Both the position numbers and the translations under genes were made by a program. Positions 37,595 through 47,899 of a stretch of DNA of 64,000 bases are shown here, piece by piece. This DNA comes from Candidatus Binataceae bacterium (GTDB lineage: Bacteria > Desulfobacterota > Binatia > Binatales > Binataceae). The stretch lies in NCBI GenBank assembly GCA_030038355.1, contig JASHPB010000044.1, positions 66 through 64,065 of the forward strand, read 5' to 3'. Under the pieces are notes generated by a model. It was not told the origin of the DNA and did not search any database. It saw only the letters and a list, made by a program, of their open reading frames with translations. How positions within the stretch are numbered: the first letter of the stretch is position 1; each line of letters opens with the position of its first letter.

Positions 37595-39352
37595 TCAGCA
37601 AGCGCCGCACACGGTGCATCGAGTTACGTCGCAAGGCGGGCTCTGATGCTCGAAGTGCGCCTTCTTCCGCTCGGACTCGAGGAACCACTTCTCGACATGA
37701 TGGTCGATAAAGTCCCAAGGTAAAAGCTCGTCGCGCGCATACTCGCGCGTCACGAAGAACGTGGGATCAGGCAACTCGTTCGCCACACCCGAAGCGGTTT
37801 CGCGGCGGATCGCCTGCAACTCGTGCCAAATTTTCCCAGGCTCGTCGGCGCCAGCTGCCTGCAACCGCTCGAGAATTCGGGATACTCGGCGGTCGCCTCG
37901 CGAGACCATGGTTTGGAAGTACGCTTCGCGCGGAGATTCCGCATCCAGCTCGACCGGCCCCAGTTTGTTGAGAGCCGAGCGCAGCATTGCGATCTTTCGC
38001 TTCAAGTTTCGCGCGTCTTCCATCCGATCCCACTGAAACGGCGTCCACGGCTTGGGAACGAAGGGATTAAGCGAGACGGTAACGCTGGCAAGGCGTTGTC
38101 GGCGCTCGCGCGCGCCCGCGATTATCTTGCCGGTCAGGTCGGCGATCGCGAGCACGTCGTGATCGCGCTCCTCCGGCAGTCCAACCATAAAGTAAAGCTT
38201 TAGATTTGCAACGCCCTCGCCGAGCATCATGGCCGCCGCTTCGAGGATTTGTGCTTCGGTGAGATTCTTGTTGATGACCTTGCGCATCCGCTCGCTGCCC
38301 GCTTCGGGAGCGATCGTCACGCTATGCGCGCCGGTTTCGGCCAGCGCGGCCGCGAGTTTGGGCGAGATACAATCGGCTTTGAGGGAAGAGGGCGAGAGCC
38401 GGCCGCCGCGCTCCGCCACGTCGGTCGCGATTTCGGCGACTCCAGGCACACTCGCCATCTCGGCGCCGACGAGCCCAATGACTTTGCGCTCGGCTAGGCC
38501 GTGGCGCGCCTCGGCGATCAGATTTTCGGGTGAGCGATGGCGAATCGGCCGGTACATGAAGCCGGCCGCGCAAAAGCGGCATCCCCATTGGCATCCGCGG
38601 CTCGCCTCGACCAGGTACATGTCGCCGAAGACCGATTCCTCGGTGAGAATCAGCGACGCGGTCTTGAATTGATTGAGGTCGTCGATCAGCCGGCGATTGA
38701 CGCGCGGCTTGGCAGGACCGCGATAGGCGAATGAACGGAGCCGTCCGCGTTCATCGTATGCAGGTGTGTAATGCTCGGGTACATACGCGCCTTCGACCTG
38801 GGCGAGCCGGTCGAGCAAATCGGTGTCGCCCCGATGCTCCGAAAAGCGCGCGAGGAACTCGGGTGCCATTTCCTCGCCCTCGCCAATCAGGAAGAGGTCG
38901 ATAAGATCCGCGATCGGTTCGGGATTGAGGAACACCGCCGAGCCGCCCGCCACAATCAGCGGATATCCGCGGCCCTTGCGTGCGGCGCTGCGCGCGGGAA
39001 TTCCGGCCAGCTCGAGCACCTGCAGGAGATTCAGATAGTCGGTCTCGAACGAAATCGAAAACGCGATGACGTCGAAATCGGACAGCGGGCGCGCGCGCTC
39101 GAACGAGACCAAGCGCTCGCCCGTCTTGCGCATCTGCGCGCGCTCATCGGCGTCGGGCAGGAATGCGCGCTCGGCAGCGACGCGAGAATCTGACTCGAAG
39201 ATGTGGAACACGGCCTGGTAGCCGAGATTCGCCATTCCGAGCCGATAGATGTTTGGGTAAACGACGCAGACCGAGATGTCGCCGCCGGGGCTCCGCTCGT
39301 AGAGCAGCTTCTCGCGCGCGATTCGCTCCAGCGCGCGCTTACGGATAAACAT
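37595..39352 (-). CDS. Radical SAM protein with an N-terminal B12-binding-like domain (TIGR03960-like, uncharacterised family)
   Basis: ISVCVVYPNIYRLGMANLGYQAVF N-terminus, CQWGCRFCAAGF cluster motif, and 585 aa with a Cys-rich C-terminus CDVTRCTVCGAC. Confidence 0.8.
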   Translation of the reverse strand: MFIRKRALERIAREKLLYERSPGGDISVCVVYPNIYRLGMANLGYQAVFHIFESDSRVAAERAFLPDADERAQMRKTGERLVSFERARPLSDFDVIAFSISFETDYLNLLQVLELAGIPARSAARKGRGYPLIVAGGSAVFLNPEPIADLIDLFLIGEGEEMAPEFLARFSEHRGDTDLLDRLAQVEGAYVPEHYTPAYDERGRLRSFAYRGPAKPRVNRRLIDDLNQFKTASLILTEESVFGDMYLVEASRGCQWGCRFCAAGFMYRPIRHRSPENLIAEARHGLAERKVIGLVGAEMASVPGVAEIATDVAERGGRLSPSSLKADCISPKLAAALAETGAHSVTIAPEAGSERMRKVINKNLTEAQILEAAAMMLGEGVANLKLYFMVGLPEERDHDVLAIADLTGKIIAGARERRQRLASVTVSLNPFVPKPWTPFQWDRMEDARNLKRKIAMLRSALNKLGPVELDAESPREAYFQTMVSRGDRRVSRILERLQAAGADEPGKIWHELQAIRRETASGVANELPDPTFFVTREYARDELLPWDFIDHHVEKWFLESERKKAHFEHQSPPCDVTRCTVCGAC

Positions 39353-39444
39353 CCGGCGTCTCCGTCATACGAGGATAGGTTAACGCCCTCTCGAGCGTCG
39401 TCCAAGCGGGCCGGCCAGCGTGAATATCGGCAGCTGAAAGTCGG

Positions 39445-40266
39445 TTACGCGATGACTCTCGACGGATGCGTATAGATATTGAAGCCACCTTCGCGGAGAA
39501 AGCCGATCAGCGTGAGGCCGAGTTCTGCGCCGAGTTGGACCGCGAGCGACGAGGGCGCGGACACCGCGGCGAGGATCGGCGCGCCGGCGGCGGCGGCCTT
39601 CTGCACGATCTCGAATGACAGGCGCCCGCTCACCATCATGACGCTGTCCGCCAGCGGCAACTGATCGTTCATCAGCGCGTGGCCCACAATCTTGTCGACC
39701 GCGTTATGACGGCCGATGTCCTCGCGAATCGCGAGCAGCTCGCCCGTCCGATCGAATCGCGCCGCGGCATGAAGGCCACCGGTGGAAGCGAACACTTGCT
39801 GCGCGCCGCGGAGTTTCGGCGCGATCGCGAGAATCGTCTCGGCGGGGAGGTGGATGGCATCGGTGAGCGGCGCGATGCGCCTGGTCAGCGACTCGATACT
39901 GGTGCGGCCGCAGATTCCGCAGCTCGAGTTGATGGTGAAATTGCGGCTGAGCCGCTCCCTTAGCCCCTCAGCCGGAACGTTGAGTACGATATCGAGCGCG
40001 TTGGGCTCCGGGCCACCCCGCGCGTCGCGCACGCGGCGAATCTCGCCAAGCTCGGCGCGCGAGTTGATGAATCCCTCGGCGTGTAGAAATCCGGCCGCGA
40101 GCTCTTCGTCGTCTCCCGGCGTGCGCATCGTGATCGTGAATCGGCGTCCGCCGAGCCGGATCTCGAGCGGTTCTTCGACCGCTACCGCGTCGGAAGCGGC
40201 GCGGGTTTCACCCGCTGACCATCTGAGCGGCGTGATTGGGAGTTGTTTTTTGACCCGCACTGGCAC
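39445..40266 (-). CDS. fdhD: Formate dehydrogenase accessory sulfurtransferase FdhD
   Basis: 273 aa with the conserved SCGICG motif and HNAVDK. It is divergent from the formate dehydrogenase operon. Confidence 0.85.
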   Translation of the reverse strand: MPVRVKKQLPITPLRWSAGETRAASDAVAVEEPLEIRLGGRRFTITMRTPGDDEELAAGFLHAEGFINSRAELGEIRRVRDARGGPEPNALDIVLNVPAEGLRERLSRNFTINSSCGICGRTSIESLTRRIAPLTDAIHLPAETILAIAPKLRGAQQVFASTGGLHAAARFDRTGELLAIREDIGRHNAVDKIVGHALMNDQLPLADSVMMVSGRLSFEIVQKAAAAGAPILAAVSAPSSLAVQLGAELGLTLIGFLREGGFNIYTHPSRVIA

Positions 40267-40341
40267 ATCTCTACACTATCATTGGTGAGCCTCGGCGCGC
40301 AGTGCTGAGTGCGGGCTCTTCCCCGATGATCGGAGAGTTTG

Positions 40342-43300
40342 ATGGCCAATCACTTCAGTCCCGACAGCGCAGCCAAACACTCGCGGCTTCGCGGCGCGGT
40401 CAAGAGTCACAGCGTCTGTCCCTACTGTGCGGTCGGATGCAGCCAGAACGTCTACACCAAGGCGGGCGAGCTGATCGATATCGAGGGCGCGCCCGAGAGT
40501 CCGATCAACGCCGGGCGGCTCTGCCCCAAGGGCGCCAACACGTTCCAGCTCGTCAGCAACCGCCATCGCGTAAAAAACGTGATGTATCGCGCGCCCTACT
40601 CCGATCATTGGGAGACGCGGCCGCTTAACTGGGCGATGGATCGGATCGCGGCGCTGACGAAAGCTGCGCGCGACGCCGACTTCGTAGAGCGCGACGCGAC
40701 CGGACTCACGGTCAATCATCTGAAGACCCTCGCCCATCTCGGCGGCGCGACGCTCGACAACGAGGAAAACTACCTCATCAAGAAACTGTTAGCCGGAGGC
40801 CTGGGAATTCTCTCGATCGAGAACCAGGCGCGGATATGACACAGCTCATCGGTGCCCGGTCTGGGCGCCTCCTTTGGACGCGGTGCGGCGACGACGTTCC
40901 AGGCTGACCTGGCGGCGAGCGACTGCATCCTCATCATGGGCTCGAACATGGCGGAGGCACATCCGGTCGGATTTCGTTTTGTAGTTGAAGCGCGCGAGCG
41001 GGGCGCCGCGCTGATTCACGTCGACCCTCGCTTCACGCGGACCTCGGCCATGGCGAATCTTTTCGTGCCGATTCGAGCGGGCTCGGACCTCGCCTTCCTC
41101 GGCGGCATCATCAACTACATCGTCAGCAACGATCGTTGGTTCAAGGAATACGTCCTGCACTACAGCAACGCCTCGGCAATCGTGAACGAGGCGTTTGTCG
41201 ATGCGGAGCAAAACAACGGCATCTTTCCGGGTTTGGATCCGGCGCGGCACGCTTACATGAAGGAAACCGGATCCTGGAATTACAGCACCCTCCCGGATGG
41301 AATCGGCGCAGTCGAGAGAGATCCGTCGCTGCAGCATCCGCGATGCGTTTTCCAGGTGCTGCGCCGTCATTTCGCACGCTACACACCCGAGATGGTTTCG
41401 CGCGTGTGCGGATGCAAGGCCGGCGATGTCGTGCGCGTGGCGGAGCTGCTCTGCCGCAATTCGGGACGCGAGCGCACGAGCGCAATCGTCTACGCGCTCG
41501 GCTGGACGCAGCACACGACGGGAGTACAGATGATCCGCGCCGCCGGGATCATCCAGCTATTGCTCGGCAACATAGGACGGCCGGGCGGCGGGATCATGGC
41601 GATGCGCGGTCATTGCAGCATCCAGGGTTCGACCGACGTTCCCACGATGTACAACCTGTTGCCGGGTTACTTGTCACATCCCGACGCCGTTCCTCAGAAC
41701 GCTACCCTCGACGAATACATCAGGCACGGCAGGGGCTTCGCCAACGCGCGCAATTGCTCAGCGTCCGGGTTCTGGCAGGAAGAAGCCGTGCTCGGATATT
41801 GGTCCCACATCGGGAGCTTCATCGTGAGCCTGCTCAAGGCCTGGTATGGCGATGCGGCGACGCCCGACAACGAATTTGGATTCCAATGGCTGCCGAAGCT
41901 GGATGGCGACTATTCCGAGCTGCCGATGTTTTTTCAGATGCATCGCGGCGGCGTGAAGGGCCTCTTCCTCATCGGACAAAATCCCGCCGCCGGTGCGCCC
42001 AATGCCAGCCTGAATCGCGCCGCGCTGAGAAACCTGGATTGGATCGTGGTGCGGGACTGGTTCGAGCACGAGAGCGCTAATTTCTGGTATGCGGACCCGA
42101 CGGCCGGCGATCCGAAGACGATCAAGACCGAGGTCTTCTTTCTGCCCGCTGCCACCAACATCGAAAAGGACGGCTCCTTCACCAACACCGAACGCTTGCT
42201 CCAGTGGCACGAAAAAGCGCTCGATCCTCCCGGCGATTGCCGTTCGGACACCTGGTTCATCTACCATCTCGGACAACGTCTGAAGAAACTCTACGCGCAC
42301 TCGACACTCGAGCGCGACGCGCCAATCAAAAATCTCACTTGGAATTACTCGCGCACTTCGCCGGCCACTCTTCCCGACGGCTCGCAGAGCAGGATTGCGG
42401 ACGAACCGGAAGTCGAAAAGGTGCTGCAGGAGATGAATGGGCGGCGCGTCGGCGGCGAGCTGCTGACGGGTTTCGGCGAGCTGAAGGCCGACGGCTCGAC
42501 CGCTTGCGGCGTGTGGATTTACACGGGAGTCTTTCCCGCCGAAGGTGACAATCGTGCGCATTCGCGCAATCCTGCGCTGAACGGCGCGACCTATCCCGGA
42601 TGGGGATTTGCCTGGCCGGCGAATCGCCGCACGCTATACAACCGCGCGTCCGCCGATCCCGCAGGTAAGCCTTGGTCCGAGCGCAAGAAACTCATCTGGT
42701 GGGACGAACAGCAATCGAAGTGGACCGGCTTCGACGTTCCCGACTTCGAGGCGGACAAGCATCCTTCGTATCGGCCCGCGATGGGCGCGCTCGGCATGGA
42801 CGCGATCGCGGGAGATGCGCCGTTCATCATGCATCCCGACGGCCGCGGATGGTTGTTCGCGCCATTCGGCGTTCGTGATGGGCCATTGCCGACGCACTAC
42901 GAGCCGCTCGAGTCAGTGGTCAAGAATCAGCTCTACGCGACACAGAACAGTCCGACGGTACGCGAGTTCCGCGCCGACCTGAATCTATTGGCGAAGGACG
43001 TCGATCCCGAGTTTCCCTGCGTGGCAACGACCTATCGCCTCACCGAGCACTATCTCTCCGGCCCGATGAGCCGTTTCAACAGTTGGCTAAATGAATTGCA
43101 GCCTGAGATGTTCGTCGAGATCGATCCCGAGCTCGCACTGGAACGCGGAATTGAAAATGGCGCCTGGGCCGTGGTGCGGTCGCGGCGCGGCGCGATCGAG
43201 GCGCGCGCGATGGTCACGCCGCGAATCAAGCCGCTCCTCGTCGATGGCAAGACGATTCACCAGGTCGGGCTGCCAATCCATTGGGGATATGCGGGAGAGA

Positions 43301-43536
43301 CCGTCGGCGCGATGGCGAACGATTTGACGTCGCTCGTTGCGGATCTCAACGTGAGCATGCACGAGTCCAAGGCCTTCAGCGTTGATATCCGCGCGGGCCG
43401 CCTCGGCGCCGCCAGGGTCCCCAAAGCGATCGAGGCGGCGATACGACCCGCGGGCACCGATAATCCGATCCGTGATACTCCCGAGTTCGCGCAACCAGAG
43501 GGCCGTCAACAGCGGTGGGGGCTAAAGCGAGGCTAG
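40342..43536 (+). CDS. fdnG: Formate dehydrogenase catalytic (alpha) subunit, FdnG/FdoG-like selenoprotein with in-frame TGA at 40837-40839
   Basis: Two same-frame ORFs (40339-40839 and 40852-43536) are separated only by the TGA. ...IENQARI-U-HSSSVPGLGASFGRGA... aligns with E. coli FdnG ...DNQARV-U-HGPTVASLAPTFGRGA... The N-terminal 4Fe-4S Cys motif is CPYCAVGC...C, followed by MGSNMAEAHPVGFRF and a Mo-bisPGD fold. Confidence 0.85.
40837..40869 (+). promoter_or_regulatory. Selenocysteine UGA codon plus a downstream SECIS-like hairpin
   Basis: UGA lies at 40837-40839. Eleven nt downstream there is a 7-bp stem GGUGCCC/GGGCGCC closing a 5-nt loop GGUCU (40851-40869). The spacing and the G/U-containing apical loop match the bacterial minimal SECIS. 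Confidence 0.6.
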
Positions 43537-43549
43537 TATTCGAATCGAC

Positions 43550-44437
43550 ATGGCGAACCTGCTCCGCGACCTGCTCTACCCGTTCACGCGTCCGACGCCG
43601 CCCGCCTCGCGCCGTGCTACCGGATTCTTCACCGACACCACGCTCTGCATCGGATGCAAGGCGTGCGAGGTTGCCTGCAAGCAGTGGAACCAACTTCCGT
43701 CGGACGGGTTCAACTTCACCGCCAACAGCTACGATAACACCGCGCAGCTATCGGCGACGACCTGGCGCCACGTCAAGTTCCTCGAGCAATTCCCGCCAAG
43801 CGACTCCGCGCCGCCATCGCCACCCGACATGAACCTCGATCTCAGGTCGCTCCTGATGGAAGCGCAAAACGGCCGCTGGCTGATGATGAGCGACGTCTGC
43901 AAGCATTGCAGCGCGGCGCCATGCCAGATGGCGTGTCCGACGGGCGCCATCATCCACAACGAGTTCGACGACGTTTACATCCAGAACGACATCTGCAACG
44001 GGTGCGGCTACTGCGTGGCGGCGTGCCCCTTCGGCGTTATCTCGCGCAGCGCCTTCGACGGCCACGCGCACAAGTGCACGCTATGCTACGACCGTCAGCG
44101 CGACGACCTAATGCCGGCGTGCGCGAAAGCCTGCCCGACTGAATCGATTAGGTTCGGCCCGCTCGACGAGCTGCACGAGCACGCGGTGGGAAGGCTCGAA
44201 GAGGTGAAGGCGCGCGGCTTCAAGGGCGCGCGACTCTATGGCGATCGCGCAAGCGATACTTACTCCGCGCTCGGAGCATTCTTCCTCTTGCTCGATGAAC
44301 CATCGCGCTACGGCCTGCCAGACGATCCCGATACACCGCAGCGCCACATGATCGGCGACTATATCCGCGGCGCAGCGGGCACGCTGATCTGGGTCGCAAT
44401 CCTTGCGATCGCGGTGATCGCTCGTGCCCCAGGCTGA
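43550..44437 (+). CDS. fdnH: Formate dehydrogenase iron-sulfur (beta) subunit, FdnH-like with C-terminal TM anchor
   Basis: Four ferredoxin-type Cys clusters (CIGCKACEVAC, CKHC, CNGCGYC, CTLC) and a C-terminal hydrophobic helix (LIWVAILAIAVI). Confidence 0.85.
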   Translation: MANLLRDLLYPFTRPTPPASRRATGFFTDTTLCIGCKACEVACKQWNQLPSDGFNFTANSYDNTAQLSATTWRHVKFLEQFPPSDSAPPSPPDMNLDLRSLLMEAQNGRWLMMSDVCKHCSAAPCQMACPTGAIIHNEFDDVYIQNDICNGCGYCVAACPFGVISRSAFDGHAHKCTLCYDRQRDDLMPACAKACPTESIRFGPLDELHEHAVGRLEEVKARGFKGARLYGDRASDTYSALGAFFLLLDEPSRYGLPDDPDTPQRHMIGDYIRGAAGTLIWVAILAIAVIARAPG

Positions 44438-45272
44438 ATTATCAGCCGCGCGCGTCGTCACCAAGGCGCCGCCATGGCATAGGTCGGTCGCGATCGATCT
44501 CTTGTGCTCGTCGCTCGCGGCCGGCCTCTTCGCGGTTGCCGCCATCATCTATCTTCTCGGCGACGCTACCGATCGCGCGGTCGCGATGGTCGGCTTCGTG
44601 CTCGCCTTCCCGGTGATGATCGTCGATCTCGTGTGTCTCGTCATCGACCTCGGCGACCCGCTGCGATTCATGAACATGACGCGCGTCATTAAGCCCGGCT
44701 CGCCGATGTCGGTGGGAGTTTGGGGAATCGTGGTGTTCTCGTTGGTCTCATTCCTCTGCTTTGCGATCTCGCTTGTTGGAATAGGCGCCTACGCGCTTCC
44801 ATTTCTTGCCTTGTTTGGATTTCCGTTCGCACTCGTCGTGGCCAACTACAAGGGCGTGCTCTTCAGCACGACGGCACAACCCGGATGGAGTTCGATGCGG
44901 TGGCTGGGTGCCCTGATCTCGATCTCGGCCGGCTCGATGGGCGTGGCGGTGCTGCTCGCCGCTGCGGCGCTCGCCGGGGTCGATGACCCTGCGGCGTTTC
45001 TGCGCACGGCTCTGGTTTGGATTCTTGTGGTCTACGCGATCGTGTTCGTCGCGCTACAGCGCGAAGGCGATCGATGGACGCGCGCTGCGCGGCGCACCTT
45101 TGCGGCGGGGATGTGGCTCACGGTACTGGTCGGAATCATCGTGCCGCTCGCCATCGCGCTGCTCGCTGCCGGTCCCGAGACCGATTGCGTCGCCGCGCTA
45201 TGCGTGATTGCGGGCTCGGCCGCGTTTCGTGACGTGCTGGTAAAGATTCCTCATCGTCTGGACGCGAATTGA
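44424..45272 (+). CDS. NrfD/PsrC/DmsC-family polytopic membrane anchor subunit
   Basis: 282 aa, ~8 TM, with no haem-ligating His pattern typical of cytochrome b FdnI. Overlaps the fdnH stop by 14 nt. Confidence 0.55.
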   Translation: MPQAELSAARVVTKAPPWHRSVAIDLLCSSLAAGLFAVAAIIYLLGDATDRAVAMVGFVLAFPVMIVDLVCLVIDLGDPLRFMNMTRVIKPGSPMSVGVWGIVVFSLVSFLCFAISLVGIGAYALPFLALFGFPFALVVANYKGVLFSTTAQPGWSSMRWLGALISISAGSMGVAVLLAAAALAGVDDPAAFLRTALVWILVVYAIVFVALQREGDRWTRAARRTFAAGMWLTVLVGIIVPLAIALLAAGPETDCVAALCVIAGSAAFRDVLVKIPHRLDAN

Positions 45273-46027
45273 TCGAGCAGCGCCCGGCTTCTGCCGATTT
45301 TGCAACTGGCGCTGAGCGCCGCGGTCAGAAATTTCTTCGCCTTGCGGACTGCGTCTTCGAGCGCGTCGCCACGCGCGAGATACGCCGCGATCGCCGCCGA
45401 CAGAACACATCCGGTGCCATGAGCGCCACCGCCCGCGCTGCGCGCGCTCGTGAGCTCGACGAAGTCGCGGCCGTCATAGAAGATATCCGTCGCTTGCGCG
45501 CGATCCTCAAGATGTCCGCCCTTGAGGAGCACTGCACGGGCACCGATCGCAACGATCTTCCGCGCCGCTTCGCGGACCGACTCGCGGTCGCGAATCTTCA
45601 CTCCTGTCAGTGCCGCGGCTTCGGGCGCATTTGGCGTGACGATACGCGCGAGTGGAATCAGGCGGTCGCGGAGGGCCGTTTCGGCGCTGCGCTCCAGTAA
45701 GCGCACGCCACTCGATGCGATCATCACCGGATCAACCACAGGGGCTGGCAACTTGAATTCCGTGATCGCATGGGCAACAACGCGAACGATCCTCGCGCTC
45801 GCGAGCGCGCCAGTTTTGAGCGCGACTGGCCGCGCCTCTTCGACGAGCACCTCGATCTGCGCGCTAACGAGCGCGGGCGAAACCGGCGACACGCGCGCCA
45901 CGCGCGAGCTCGATTGCGCGATCACCGAGGTCAACACAGAGTAGCCATAGACCTCGAGTGCGGCGAAGGTTTTGATGTCGGATTGAAGGCCAGCGCCGCC
46001 GCCCGGATCGCTGCCCGCGATTGTCAT
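45251..46027 (-). CDS. thiD: Hydroxymethylpyrimidine/phosphomethylpyrimidine kinase
   Basis: MTIAGSDPGGGAGLQSDIKTF N-terminus and a GTGC motif near the C-terminus. The listed ORF has a 16-aa upstream extension. Confidence 0.8.
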   Translation of the reverse strand: MTIAGSDPGGGAGLQSDIKTFAALEVYGYSVLTSVIAQSSSRVARVSPVSPALVSAQIEVLVEEARPVALKTGALASARIVRVVAHAITEFKLPAPVVDPVMIASSGVRLLERSAETALRDRLIPLARIVTPNAPEAAALTGVKIRDRESVREAARKIVAIGARAVLLKGGHLEDRAQATDIFYDGRDFVELTSARSAGGGAHGTGCVLSAAIAAYLARGDALEDAVRKAKKFLTAALSASCKIGRSRALLDQFASRR

Positions 46028-46186
46028 CGCGACGGGAATTTTGCGGCGCTTCAAGACTGAAAAATAGTTTATCACAGACCGAAAAACGCCACGAGGGGAG
46101 CGGCAAAATTAAATTTCCCGATCCTTAGTTGTCGAAGATCGGCACCGGTAGTATCGTGCGCAGCAGGCGCTTGGTCGCGCCAACTT

Positions 46187-47899
46187 ATGGCGGTCAGAGG
46201 ACAAGACGAGTTCCTGAATCTTCCCTTCCAGGAGAAGCTCGAGTTCCTCTACGGCCTGCCCGCGCGCCAGAAACGCGACCTGATTCTCGCCGCACCCGAA
46301 GCGCAGCGGCTGGTGCAATCGTTCTCGCCCGAGACGCTCTTCTACACCGTCAAAGAGATTGGCAGCGCCGATGCGAGCGACCTCTTGAGCCTCGCGCTAC
46401 CCGAGCAGGTCAAGTCGCTGTTCGATCTCGATTGCTGGGACAAGGATCGCCCGAACCTCGAGCGGATGCGCGAGTGGATCGAGGCGCTCGCCGAGGGCGG
46501 CCGCCGATGCCTCGCCGAGGGCCTGATGGAACTCGACCTGGAGCTCGTCTCGATCCTGCTCCGCGATTACATCAAGGTGCATCTACTGGATGATCCGGCA
46601 TCCTCGCCCGACGCGCCGTCGAATCGCTACGCTCAGTTCGACGAGCACTACCTGATCGAGTTCACGCGCCAGGATCAGCTCTCACAGCACATCTCGGATT
46701 TCATCGAGGAGGTGTTCGAGCGCGATTACAAGTACTTCGCGGGACTGATGGACGAGTGCTATTGGGGCGTGAAGGCGGAACTCGAGGAACAGGCCTACCA
46801 GTTCCGAAGCGCGCGCCTCAACGATCGCGGCTTCCCGGACTACTACGACGCGCAGGACGTCTTCGCCTACATCAATCCGCGCAACTTCCTCGAAATACTT
46901 AAGCAGTACGAGCCCCCGAGCCGTGCCGAGCTGCTCGATCCGGCCGAGCTGGTGCCGCCGAGTTCTGCGCCCACGCTCGCGGGCGCCGACAATTCGCTCT
47001 TCAACACCGCGCTCACCGCGGGATTCGCAGCCGACGGCAAGCGACAGTTGCGGAGCGAGATGGCGATGGTGTCGAACCAGGTGCTGGTGGCGCGCTCAAT
47101 CGATTTCGGTGATCTCGATGCAGTGCGAGTCGCCGTTGAGATGACACATGACTACCTGAATCTCGGGCTCGAGTATCTCGCGGCGGGCGACCTCGAAGCT
47201 GCAATCGAGCATCTGCGCGACACGCATTTGAAGCTGCTCTTTCGGCTTGGCGTGAGCCTCACGATCGATTTGCGAAAGCGCGCCGAAGCTACGATGCGCA
47301 TGCTTGGGGTCGGGAATCTGCGGAGCGAAGTTTCCTATCTTGACAGCCCCTATCGCGAGGTGCTGGCGGGCTTCCTCGAATTGCAGCCACGCTTCTATTC
47401 GGCGCTCGACAAAGGCGGCGCGGTCGAGATGCGATGCTTTCGCGCGATTCGCGATATCCACCTTAGCTACGCGATTCTCGATCAAATCGATGCGATCGCT
47501 GAACTTTTCCGCACGCTGCTCACGATCGATATCGCGTCGCCGCGCTTTCGCTCTGCGGTGGCGGCGCGCGAGATTCACCTGAGCCAAATCCTCACCACTG
47601 CGATGGTGCGCAACTTCATCGACGGCCGGCTCGAGGCGGAACCTTTGGAAGAAAGCCGGCTTTCATCTATTCGCGCCGCTGTCGTCCTGCAGAACGGCAC
47701 GCCAGCGCATCTTAGCGAAGAGTTCCGTCGCTCGGTCGAAGCCACACTCGCGGAACGGCTCGGCCAAGACGCCTTGCGGCGCACGAGCGACTTCGTCAAT
47801 TCCTGTCTCAATCAGTTCGAGGATGAGTTCGGCGGTCTCAGCGTAAACTATCCGCTCGACCCGCGTTTCCTTTTGAGCGTGCTGATAAAGCGCGGCTAG
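46187..47899 (+). CDS. Conserved-looking hypothetical protein, 570 aa, no recognisable domain
   Basis: A long GC3-rich ORF with predicted all-alpha composition and no signal peptide or TM. No catalytic motif could be recognised by eye. Confidence 0.6.
   Translation: MAVRGQDEFLNLPFQEKLEFLYGLPARQKRDLILAAPEAQRLVQSFSPETLFYTVKEIGSADASDLLSLALPEQVKSLFDLDCWDKDRPNLERMREWIEALAEGGRRCLAEGLMELDLELVSILLRDYIKVHLLDDPASSPDAPSNRYAQFDEHYLIEFTRQDQLSQHISDFIEEVFERDYKYFAGLMDECYWGVKAELEEQAYQFRSARLNDRGFPDYYDAQDVFAYINPRNFLEILKQYEPPSRAELLDPAELVPPSSAPTLAGADNSLFNTALTAGFAADGKRQLRSEMAMVSNQVLVARSIDFGDLDAVRVAVEMTHDYLNLGLEYLAAGDLEAAIEHLRDTHLKLLFRLGVSLTIDLRKRAEATMRMLGVGNLRSEVSYLDSPYREVLAGFLELQPRFYSALDKGGAVEMRCFRAIRDIHLSYAILDQIDAIAELFRTLLTIDIASPRFRSAVAAREIHLSQILTTAMVRNFIDGRLEAEPLEESRLSSIRAAVVLQNGTPAHLSEEFRRSVEATLAERLGQDALRRTSDFVNSCLNQFEDEFGGLSVNYPLDPRFLLSVLIKRG

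Noticed and set aside
40267-40338. A search for an upstream in-frame extension carrying a Tat leader for the FDH alpha subunit
   Set aside because: An in-frame TGA at 40327-40329 without SECIS context terminates the frame. The other frames encode no RRxFLK motif.
43550-43640. SRRATGFF in the FDH beta-subunit N-terminus as a possible Tat signal
   Set aside because: There is no hydrophobic h-region or cleavage site after the RR. The sequence runs straight into the first ferredoxin Cys motif.
45251-45272. A 22-bp convergent overlap of thiD and the NrfD-like gene 3-prime ends (and similar tight convergent pairs at 34118/34124 and 35525/35527)
   Set aside because: Such overlaps are common in compact high-GC genomes and may partly reflect start/stop choice. 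They are not evidence of a special element.
46076-46186. Possible TPP riboswitch upstream of thiD (a GGGGAGC motif and a gatc hairpin)
   Set aside because: The conserved CUGAGA box and the ACCUGAUCUGGAUAAUGCCAGCG pyrimidine-sensing helix are absent on either strand. The resemblance is limited to a GGGG run.
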